DNA from: Acidobacteriota bacterium
GTDB lineage: Bacteria > Acidobacteriota > UBA6911 > JACQSX01
NCBI GenBank assembly: GCA_036507075.1
Contig: DASXQR010000032.1
Location: 1-42,067, forward strand
Length of the DNA stretch: 42,067 nt
Reading direction: 5' to 3'
Position 1 is the first letter of the stretch, and each line of letters starts with the position of its first letter. The notes below the pieces were generated by a model. It saw only the letters and a program-made list of their open reading frames with translations. It was not told the origin of the DNA and did no database searches. The position numbers and the translations under genes were made by a program. Shown piece after piece: positions 1 through 7,498 of the stretch.

Positions 1-50
1 GCCGTTTTAACGGCCTTTTTTCTTCTGACAGCCGGCCTTGAGGCCGGCCG
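1..50. repeat. REP-like GC-rich palindromes at the 3' end of tnpA
   Basis: gccgttttaacggc and gccggccttgaggccggc hairpins; same style as those at 537-730. Confidence 0.65.
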
Positions 51-477
51 ACTGCTCCTCCTCCTGGGTGCATTCCAATCTACTGATCAACGTCCCTCGA
101 GCATGGTGCTCTTTTTGCCTCCGGATGTAGTCGCAAACAAATTCCAAATCCTTCCTGCCAAAGCTCACCGCTCCATAGCCTTCCTGCCACTTCAGTCTGG
201 CGCGCCTACCCATCTGCTGATTGATGTAATGCGAACTGGCGCCCTTCAGGTCGCCAATCCAGGTGCTGAGGGTGATGGTGGGAGGAACACGAACTGCAAG
301 ATGGACGTGATCCTCTACTCCGCCAGTCTCAAATACGCAAGCTCCGGGTGTTTGAGTAATCCGATGGCGCAGGTATCGGTACAAACGTTCTTCCACATCC
401 GCGGTAATAACGCGAGCATTCTGCTCGGTATGCCAGGTCAGGTGAAGAAGAATCTCTGCGTAGGCTCTGTGGGCCAT
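7..477 (-). CDS. tnpA: IS200/IS605-family Y1 (HUH) transposase, possibly REP-associated (RAYT-like)
   Basis: Motifs HLTWHT, GGVEDHVHL (HUH), KGASS, WQEGYGAVS, YIRRQKEHH (catalytic Tyr). Start placed at ATG 477 because GGAGG lies at 483-487 (minus). No tnpB upstream; the downstream side is cut by the window edge. Confidence 0.9.
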   Translation of the reverse strand: MAHRAYAEILLHLTWHTEQNARVITADVEERLYRYLRHRITQTPGACVFETGGVEDHVHLAVRVPPTITLSTWIGDLKGASSHYINQQMGRRARLKWQEGYGAVSFGRKDLEFVCDYIRRQKEHHARGTLISRLECTQEEEQSAGLKAGCQKKKGR

Positions 478-536
478 GGTTGCCTCCATCAGGACATAAC
501 TGCCCAGCAGAGAAATCTGCGAAGAAATTTTCAGCT

Positions 537-730
537 GGCTAAAGCCGGTCTTGGAAGGCCGGTGAACCGGCCTTGGGACAAACGATTGGATGACGCTTAA
601 ACCCCGGCCTGGGAAGGCCGGGGCTGAAACCCTTCGGGAAAGGCCGCTGCAAGCGGCCTGAGCAGGTTTGGACGGCCCTTAGCCCCGCCGGCTTGGGTCG
701 GCCGGGCTGGAGCCCTTCGGGCAAGGGTCG
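537..730. repeat. Cluster of REP-like palindromes upstream of tnpA
   Basis: aaggccggtgaaccggcctt, ccccggcctgggaaggccgggg, aggccgctgcaagcggcct, ccggcttgggtcggccgg; cccttcggg repeated twice. Confidence 0.75.
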
Positions 731-754
731 CAACGAAACCTTTACAGACAGCCC

Positions 755-970
755 TACGTGCACGTAGCGGCAAACGTTGACGTTGACGTGATCGGTTTTT
801 GTGTTTTTCTGAAAAATCTTGTTAAAAAAACAAGAAATTACCAACAAGTGGCGCAAAGGACACAAATTTCTGCGGCTGGCTCGTCTGACTTTGTGATCTT
901 TGTGTCTTTGTGGTGAAAAAATCATTACCCGGCAAGTGGACTTTCGACTTGACCTTGAGACTTCGACTTG
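755..970. repeat. Composite spacer: hexamer (GTTGAC/GTGCAC) repeats, AT-rich core, nonamer (CTTTGTGTC-type) repeats
   Basis: acgttgacgttgacgtgatc; aaaatcttgttaaaaaaacaagaaattacc; ctttgtgatctttgtgtctttgtggt. Confidence 0.65.
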
Positions 971-972
971 CC

Positions 973-2121
973 TTACCAGGAATGCTCGTTTTCCGATGCT
1001 TCATCCGAAGAAGTCGGCGCCTCGAATTTTGCGGGAATGCGCTCCCAGGCGGTGGTCTGCCAATTGTCGACTGACATTGGCTTATAGACCCACGAAGGCA
1101 GAAGAACTTGAAAGTGGTTCGCCAGCGAATATACATACGGCTCGTACATGCCCCGCAGGTGAGCCAGTTTCTGGCGGGCTTCGGCAACATCACAAAGCGG
1201 GACGCCGGTCTGCGCCAGCGCGCACAATTTTGCCAGATCATCCGGCGGCAGGCGATCGGGATCCGGCGGCATGGGCGGCGCGTCGTATATTTGTGCCAGA
1301 TCTACGGCGGCATGGCGCGCCATGGCAAAGGTAAGGCGGGCTTGCCAGGCAATAGCGCCGGTGGTTCCCACGATGACCAAAGCGCATGCGTCTAATATGG
1401 TGGTGAGCGCCGCCAGCCAGGACTGGTTGTTGTGCTGGGAACGGAAATAGCCCAGCACCGGATAGGAAAGGTGGCTTTCCAGCACCTCGGCCGACCAGGT
1501 TTCCCATTCGCGCAGCAGTTGCCCGAGCGCGTCCAGATCTTGATAGTGCCCGTAGCGCCGCAGCAATCCTGCCGCAGTAGGGGGAGAGCCCGCCCGAGCA
1601 TCCAGTAACGAAATATTGACTTCACGCCGTGAGAACGCCTGATAAAGCGCAGGAAAGTACCCGATCACAATGGCGAGAAAACCGAAACCCATTCCCGCTT
1701 CAATAATCGTGAGCAAGCGCGCCAGCGTCGAGCGCGGTACCACGTCTCCCAAACCGAGGGTGAAAAAGGTGGTGCCGCTGAAATACAAATCCGTGGCAAA
1801 GCGAGTATTGCCTTTTGCCACACGCCACCCGGGATCGGCCGTCCATTGCAGCATGCCAAAGCCCACTACCAGTCCGGATGCCCAGACGGTCAACAGCAAT
1901 ACCATCGACAAAGGGCCATAGAGGCTCAAATAGGTGTCGCGCCGCTTGCCCGGGCGCATCCGGCGGGCGAGGCCCGACCAGGGAACCCACGTGGATCGAT
2001 AAAACAGCCGCGTCAATCTCAGCTTTCGCGCGATGCGCCGCGGCAATATAACCACTTCAAACGCATCCCACAGGATGATGACGAGCAGTGCAAATCCGAG
2101 AATAGTGATCAGGAGTCTCAT
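973..2121 (-). CDS. Potassium channel family protein (2TM+pore, Ion_trans_2-like) with C-terminal cytoplasmic domain
   Basis: Pore helix/filter DLYFSGTTFFTLGLGDVVP flanked by hydrophobic helices; likely start ATG 2121 (MRLLITILG). Confidence 0.85.
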   Translation of the reverse strand: MRLLITILGFALLVIILWDAFEVVILPRRIARKLRLTRLFYRSTWVPWSGLARRMRPGKRRDTYLSLYGPLSMVLLLTVWASGLVVGFGMLQWTADPGWRVAKGNTRFATDLYFSGTTFFTLGLGDVVPRSTLARLLTIIEAGMGFGFLAIVIGYFPALYQAFSRREVNISLLDARAGSPPTAAGLLRRYGHYQDLDALGQLLREWETWSAEVLESHLSYPVLGYFRSQHNNQSWLAALTTILDACALVIVGTTGAIAWQARLTFAMARHAAVDLAQIYDAPPMPPDPDRLPPDDLAKLCALAQTGVPLCDVAEARQKLAHLRGMYEPYVYSLANHFQVLLPSWVYKPMSVDNWQTTAWERIPAKFEAPTSSDEASENEHSW

Positions 2122-2139
2122 AAGATTCGCGCTGAACAC

Positions 2140-2261
2140 GCGGCTTTGCCGCCAGCTCTTGCGGAAAGGCTTTGCCTTTCCCTGGAGTTTCTACATTTAT
2201 CACGCGGCAGCAGCGGAAAGGAAAGGCGAAGCCTTTCCGCAAGAGCCGGCGGCAGAGCCGC
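2140..2261. repeat. REPIN-like inverted repeat, 42-bp arms
   Basis: 2140-2181 matches the reverse complement of 2220-2261 with 3 mismatches; each arm contains an internal palindrome of the ggaaaggc-N3-gcctttcc type. Confidence 0.85.
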
Positions 2262-2310
2262 TATCCGAGTCCAAATCTTTCACTAAGAATCTGGTCAAAA
2301 AGCCACATTT

Positions 2311-2440
2311 CACGGTCCGGCTGCACGACCACGTCAAGGTCCACGAGTACGTTAAACGAGTCCGTTCACATATCATTTTGATCGTCAGCGTAGACGTGGC
2401 TCGTGGTCGTTGACGTGGTCGTGCACGTGAACGTGAACGG
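2311..2440. repeat. Inverted hexamer-repeat array (CACGAC/CACGTC vs GTCGTG/GACGTG)
   Basis: tgcacgaccacgtcaa (2322-2337) is the exact reverse complement of ttgacgtggtcgtgca (2410-2425). Confidence 0.8.
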
Positions 2441-2477
2441 CTTTTCGGGTTGGATCTATGCCGCCGTTCTTTGGTGG

Positions 2478-3521
2478 CTAATCCCCGGCTGCTATCAGGC
2501 CGCGCATGAATTCGGCGGCCAACTGGGCGTTCTTTTCTGCGAATTCGATTCCGACTGTTCTGCCGTTCACAACGGGTAGCTCGTGACACAACTCATATCC
2601 GATGTAGCCCTTGTAGCCAATCTCCTTCATCGCGTTGACAAAGGGTAGATAGAAGTCGGCGCCGCGCTTGTAAGTCGGCGAGCACTTTACCTTCCCGTCG
2701 GCTTGGCGCACGTATTCGCCTCCAAAGTGAGACAAAGTCTGAAATGTTCCGACATCCAGCGCCGCCTGGCGAATATATTCCGGCGTTTTGACCGGCATGA
2801 TCGGCGCATCCAGCGAAACCTTCAGATACGGCGAGTTGACTTCGCGCACCATTCGCAGTACGTCATGATGATCGTTAATAACAGGCTTGTGATTTTGAAG
2901 CGCCAGTGTAATGCCGGTGTCGCCCGCATAGCGCGCGCACTCGGTCAATCCTTCGCGACACCAATCCCAGATTTGCTGCTCGGAAAAACCCTTACGAAAG
3001 GCTTCCCATCGGGGAATGGCAATGCCATAAGTTGCCACTTCGCCGTTGTACGTGACGCCGGGCCAGCCGAGAAATACCCGGATGGTCCTGGCTCGCAGAG
3101 CTGACGCCATGCGAATCAGTTCACGGACATAAAGGACCTGGCATTCCCGATGCTCGGGCACCGGGCTGCTGAAATCATTGTTGGCTGCCACGCCATAAAT
3201 CTCGATCCCTTCTCCATCCGCGACGGACCGTAGCTCGCGGCACCGGCTCGCCGGCAGATCAAGCGGATTGCCATGGGGCCGTTTGCCGTCAATCTCTACC
3301 CCGGCATAGCCATATTTTTTGGCCCGCTTGATTACGTCTTCCAGCGTGAGCGCGTCCCCCTGATACCAGATCCCCAGGAAAGTGATGCTGTATAGTCCGA
3401 CTTTAATGTCCCACTCCTTCGACTGCGATTTCGGCTTTGCCTCGGCCGACGCGCCCGATTGAAGCATCCCGGCCGTCGCCCCTAAACTGACACCCACAAA
3501 CTCCCTACGGTTTATGCGCAT
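2478..3521 (-). CDS. Tat-exported sugar phosphate isomerase/epimerase (xylose isomerase-like TIM barrel)
   Basis: NRREFV twin-arginine signal; GYAGVEI, LALQNH, KVSLD, GYKGYIGYEL motifs of the AP-endonuclease-2/IolE fold. Confidence 0.85.
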   Translation of the reverse strand: MRINRREFVGVSLGATAGMLQSGASAEAKPKSQSKEWDIKVGLYSITFLGIWYQGDALTLEDVIKRAKKYGYAGVEIDGKRPHGNPLDLPASRCRELRSVADGEGIEIYGVAANNDFSSPVPEHRECQVLYVRELIRMASALRARTIRVFLGWPGVTYNGEVATYGIAIPRWEAFRKGFSEQQIWDWCREGLTECARYAGDTGITLALQNHKPVINDHHDVLRMVREVNSPYLKVSLDAPIMPVKTPEYIRQAALDVGTFQTLSHFGGEYVRQADGKVKCSPTYKRGADFYLPFVNAMKEIGYKGYIGYELCHELPVVNGRTVGIEFAEKNAQLAAEFMRGLIAAGD

Positions 3522-3655
3522 AGTCGATATCCCTCCGCGATATGAGAGCCTTCGTTCCGGATATTATCCGCGCAGTCCGCATAATCCGCGGCAGGTTTTT
3601 TCCGAGGCTTCGCCTCGCCAGGGCGTGAGGGAGAGCCTCAGGCCGAAGACGAATG

Positions 3656-4051
3656 CTACTGATTGGCCAGAACCGAAATATCCTTGAGTTTGATCATTCG
3701 TCGGTCAGCAGTGACGAATGTCAATCCGAAAACTTTTGCTGTGGCGGCGAGAAAATGGTCGGCTGGATCTCGGTGCGAAAGATGTATCCGACCGGTCTGT
3801 AATGCGACTTCATGAGTTACAGGAGCCTCGGTCAGCGGTGCGGCCTGCATGGCTTTTGCGACCCACACGTCGAAAGGATCATCCAGAACCACGCGGCCTT
3901 TCCTGCAAAGGACCTGCAGCTCCCAGATACTGATTGGCGACAACCAGAGTCCATTGTCTGATTTCTCGAGTTCCTTCACGACGCGGCGGCTAAGGAGCTT
4001 GGGATCGAGAAGACTCCAGAGCCAGATATGGGTGTCGAGTAGAAGCTGCAT
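3656..4051 (-). CDS. vapC: Type II toxin, PIN domain (VapC)
   Basis: LLLDTHIWLW, SPISIWE, HRDPADHFLAATA, VTAD acidic PIN residues; overlaps the antitoxin stop codon. Confidence 0.92.
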   Translation of the reverse strand: MQLLLDTHIWLWSLLDPKLLSRRVVKELEKSDNGLWLSPISIWELQVLCRKGRVVLDDPFDVWVAKAMQAAPLTEAPVTHEVALQTGRIHLSHRDPADHFLAATAKVFGLTFVTADRRMIKLKDISVLANQ

Positions 4052-4290
4052 TACCAGAGAGCTTCCCAGTCACGCTCTTGACTTGCAGGTGAAATGATGT
4101 CGCCGCGAATAGTGCCCGAGCCGCTCATGGAGCCGATCCAAGGGGCGCGACGATCAGGCGTCGCAGGTGGGACTACCTGAGCGACAGGCTCCCCAAATCT
4201 TGTCACCAGGATCGGCTTTTTGGTTCTCCGCACTCGTTCGAGAACCGCGAGGCAAGTCGCCTTGAATTTCGAAATGGCTATTTGTTCCAC
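4051..4290 (-). CDS. Type II antitoxin, Phd/YefM family
   Basis: IAISKFKATCLAVLERVRRTKKPILVTRFGEPVAQVVP is a typical Phd N-domain; start likely GTG 4290 because the ORF-track start at 4299 overlaps the -10 box. Confidence 0.88.
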   Translation of the reverse strand: MEQIAISKFKATCLAVLERVRRTKKPILVTRFGEPVAQVVPPATPDRRAPWIGSMSGSGTIRGDIISPASQERDWEALW

Positions 4291-4298
4291 GGAACGCA

Positions 4299-4327
4299 AT
4301 TATACCATAGTCGAAGACCATGGTCCA
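4299..4327 (-). promoter_or_regulatory. sigma70-type promoter of the TA operon with overlapping operator palindromes
   Basis: Minus strand TGGACC (4327-4322), 17 bp, TATAAT (4304-4299) with extended TG; palindrome GACCATGGTC at 4316-4325 and variant TACCATAGTC at 4303-4312. Confidence 0.75.
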
Positions 4328-4869
4328 CGAGTTTAAACCCCGGGTACCTCCCAGGCGATTCTCGCGACCACCAATAGCCTGGCGGGATGTGACCGCAAAT
4401 GAAACCTGACCTTCGATCAGCCCTTTTTTGACTTCGCGCTGGCGTTGATGGCTCTTTATACCACCCAATACTAAGTGCTCCTGATTCATTTTAGTATGAT
4501 CACAGGCGTTCGGGATCACCGCGTAATCGCCTCACGCCCACACTTTGTCGCGCGCCTTCCCAAAATTCCAGGGAAGAGCCTGCTTAATAATGTCCAACGT
4601 ATTGTTAGATGATATTACGGAAGATTTCTGTAATTACTACTCTCCCATCACGCCGAAGTGCAGAATGAGTCACTCCAGGCGCCTGCGGTCGGGGGAACGT
4701 TCGTACCGATAAGCCTTCCGTAATGGTTTACATCGGGAGTGCACCCTCCGTGTGCCATTCGCGGAATGTAAATTGCCCAGGATGATCTGTTCCATGCCAC
4801 AGAGTCACAATGACACCGAGCTTAAAACAAACAGGTTTATTTCAGAGGTCTCTGTGTCTCAGTGCCTCT

Positions 4870-5100
4870 GTGGCCAACGCACATTATGGTCGGCGCCTCT
4901 GTCGGGGCACCGGTTGTGACTCCAGGCCGACCGCAAACTGAAACATTCGGTGCGCCCGCAAGATCCAGCTTTCCCGTAATCACTTCAAACGTGATCCTGA
5001 CGTTGGCTGCTGGCTGCGTGCCGCTGATTGCTGCCGCCGTGACCGTGCTTTCCTGACTCAAGGGAGCGATCGTCGGGCCGTCGACGACAAACAGCGGTTC
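4870..5100 (-). pseudogene. Possible fragment of an Ig-like (invasin/Big-type) domain gene
   Basis: Minus frame reads EPLFVVDGPTIAPLSQESTVTAAAISGTQPAANVRITFEVITG, resembling the VTATV..QP..NV.VTF.V pattern; no start or RBS; ends in nonamer repeats. Confidence 0.35.
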
Positions 5101-5164
5101 GGATCACAATTTCCGGACCTGGACCTTCTTCGCCGTCAGCGCAGCCAGCAGCCAACGTCAGGAT
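4994..5164. repeat. Perfect 25-bp inverted repeat enclosing 121 bp
   Basis: atcctgacgttggctgctggctgcg (4994-5018) is the reverse complement of cgcagccagcagccaacgtcaggat (5140-5164). Confidence 0.9.
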
Positions 5165-5283
5165 GTCGCCGAATTTAAAAGCCTTATAATCAGTAATTTA
5201 CTAGTTTTGCCCGTGTAATCCATGTCCGGATTTACCCCGGATCAGACGGAATTAAACAAGTGGCCACGATCATGGTTTGCCGA

Positions 5284-5312
5284 TTGACAAACTGAGCAAC
5301 GCACCGAATAAT
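5284..5312 (+). promoter_or_regulatory. sigma70-type promoter
   Basis: TTGACA (5284-5289), 17 bp, AATAAT (5307-5312), 11 nt before ATG 5324. Confidence 0.6.
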
Positions 5313-5323
5313 CGCCTCAAATT

Positions 5324-5584
5324 ATGAATTCAGACTGCAGATCTCTCGAGGAGTTGACCCAATTCGTATACGGACCCCTCTCGCCTCCTGAGGAAGAGAA
5401 GCGCATGGTGGATCATGTCATCGTCTGCCTGAACTGTCGCGCTCAGGTAATGTCGCTGCTGCGAAACCGAAATGATCCCAGGGAAAGGAGACGTGGCGAG
5501 GACCGTCGCCGAATCAATCTTGGTCGCCCCGAAGGGGAGTGTCGAAAAGGCGATCGGAGAGTGCGCCTGGCCGGTTTGAGGTAA
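5324..5584 (+). CDS. Small protein with anti-sigma-type zinc finger (zf-HC2/ZAS-like) and Arg-rich repeats
   Basis: C5...HVIVCLNCR fits C-x(n)-HxxxCxxC; tail ERRRGEDRR and ECRKGDRR; promoter directly upstream. Confidence 0.65.
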   Translation: MNSDCRSLEELTQFVYGPLSPPEEEKRMVDHVIVCLNCRAQVMSLLRNRNDPRERRRGEDRRRINLGRPEGECRKGDRRVRLAGLR

Positions 5585-5787
5585 AGTTCAAAGTTCAAAG
5601 TTCAAGGTTCAGGTTCAAGGTTCAAGGTTCAAAGTTCAAGGTAGGGTTCCGAGTGGTAATTTTTCCCACGTTCTGATGGGTCAATTATTCCCCCATCGTT
5701 CTGTGGAATCGATTTTGTCACGCGCTCTAAGGGTTATTCCCAAGATACTGGATTTGATGTTTTTACGCCAAACTTTGAACTTTGAAC
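5585..5787. repeat. Heptamer tandem array (AAGTTCA/AGGTTCA) with inverted partner (ACTTTGA)
   Basis: About 8 units at 5585-5640; aactttgaactttgaac at ~5772-5788 in opposite orientation. Confidence 0.85.
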
Positions 5788-5824
5788 ATCAGAGTCACGT
5801 CTTTATTTGGAATTCAAAGCTTTG

Positions 5825-7498
5825 ATGCTGCGTAATGGTCTCCTTGGAACGGCGCTTCTTATCCTTTCCAGTTCAGTTCTACTCCGCGCGCCTGATCTAA
5901 TCGGCCAACCGACTTTTGAAGACATCGCTGAACGAGCCGGAGCTCACTTCGTTCTTCGCAACGGCGCCACCGGCAAAAAGCACCTGATCGAGCCGATGAC
6001 GGGCGGTGTTGCGATTCTCGACTACAACAATGACGGCTGGCCCGATCTCTACTTTGTCAACGGAGCGACCGTCCCGGGACTGGAGAAGATCGACGAAACA
6101 TATTCAAACCGTTTGTACCGGAATAACGCCGACGGAACATTTTCCGACGTCACACGGCAGGCCGGTGTCGGCGGAACGGGTTATAGCATGGGTGTGGCTG
6201 TGGGCGACTACAACAACGATGGGTCTCCAGACATTTTTGTGGCGGGCGTCGGTGTCAATACGCTCTATCGAAACCGCGGCGATGGATCTTTTGAGGATGC
6301 TACGGCTAAGGCGCACCTGTCGAACGCCAATAGCTCGCGCAGGCTGTGGTCGGTTGCCGCCGGATGGTTTGATTATGATGCCGATGGAAAGCTCGATCTG
6401 TTTGTTGTGAATTACCTGACGTGGAATCCGGAAAACGAGCGCGTCTGCCCCAATGCCACCGCCGGTTATCGCATCTACTGCGACCCGCGTTACTACGAAG
6501 GCTTGGTTAATTCGCTTTATCACAACAACGGAGATGGCACATTCACGGATGTTTCCGCGCAGTCTGGCATCGGCGCGCACAAAGGAAAGGGAATGAGCGC
6601 TACCTTTGCTGATTACGATGGCGACGGCAAACTCGACATCTTTGTCACCAACGACACGATGCCAAATTTTCTGTTTCACAACGAGGGCGGCGGCCGCTTT
6701 CGCGAAACCGCACTCGAAGCAGGTGTGGCACTGAACGACAACGGACAGCCGGTATCTTCGATGGGAGTCGATTTTCGCGATTACAACAACGATGGGCGCG
6801 ACGACCTGATCATCACCGCGCTCGCGGGCGAGTCTTTTCCAGTTTTTCGCAATCTCGGATCAGGTATTTTCAAAGGCGCGACGTTTGAAACGGGCGTTGC
6901 GCGGGCAGTTTCGTCCAGCAGCGGATGGAGTACAGGCTTTTTTGACTTCAACAACGATGGCTACAAAGATCTGTTCACAGCCAACGGAGATGTTCAGGAC
7001 AACGTGGAAGTCTATTCCAGTCGCAGATCCAGGCAGCCGAACCTAATGCTGATGAATCGCAAGAACGGCACATTCCAGGATTGCACGGCGCAGGCTGGTG
7101 CCGGTTTTAAACAACTCGGCCTGCATCGCGGCGCAGCTTTCGGTGACTTGGATCGGGACGGCAAGATCGACATTGTGGTGACAAGGTTAAATGAACCAGC
7201 GGAAATCCTGCGCAACATCACCGGCACAAATAATAACTGGCTAACACTTCTGCTGGAAGGCAGGAAAAGTAATCGAGATGGCATCGGTGCGAGAGTCGAG
7301 GTCGCGGATGCATCCGGACTGAAGCAGTGGAATCACGTTACTACGGCGGCAGGGTACGCCAGTTCCAGTGATCGTGCGCTGCACTTCGGATTGGGCAGAA
7401 GCACAGTCGCCAGGGTTGCAATACTGTGGCCGAGTGGGCAGCGGCAGAAGCTGGAAAATGTCCACGCTGACCAGGTCTTGAAAGTGCGCGAACCATGA
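5825..7498 (+). CDS. CRTAC1-family protein (FG-GAP/VCBS repeats + ASPIC/UnbV domain)
   Basis: Repeated DYNNDGxxD/DYDxDGxxD motifs; C-terminal SNRDGIGARV...LHFGLG...WPSG; signal peptide from ATG 5825. Confidence 0.9.
   Translation: MLRNGLLGTALLILSSSVLLRAPDLIGQPTFEDIAERAGAHFVLRNGATGKKHLIEPMTGGVAILDYNNDGWPDLYFVNGATVPGLEKIDETYSNRLYRNNADGTFSDVTRQAGVGGTGYSMGVAVGDYNNDGSPDIFVAGVGVNTLYRNRGDGSFEDATAKAHLSNANSSRRLWSVAAGWFDYDADGKLDLFVVNYLTWNPENERVCPNATAGYRIYCDPRYYEGLVNSLYHNNGDGTFTDVSAQSGIGAHKGKGMSATFADYDGDGKLDIFVTNDTMPNFLFHNEGGGRFRETALEAGVALNDNGQPVSSMGVDFRDYNNDGRDDLIITALAGESFPVFRNLGSGIFKGATFETGVARAVSSSSGWSTGFFDFNNDGYKDLFTANGDVQDNVEVYSSRRSRQPNLMLMNRKNGTFQDCTAQAGAGFKQLGLHRGAAFGDLDRDGKIDIVVTRLNEPAEILRNITGTNNNWLTLLLEGRKSNRDGIGARVEVADASGLKQWNHVTTAAGYASSSDRALHFGLGRSTVARVAILWPSGQRQKLENVHADQVLKVREP

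Noticed and set aside
490..970. tnpB or omega-RNA associated with tnpA
   Set aside because: No RuvC/Zn-finger ORF upstream; the downstream side is outside the window and cannot be assessed.
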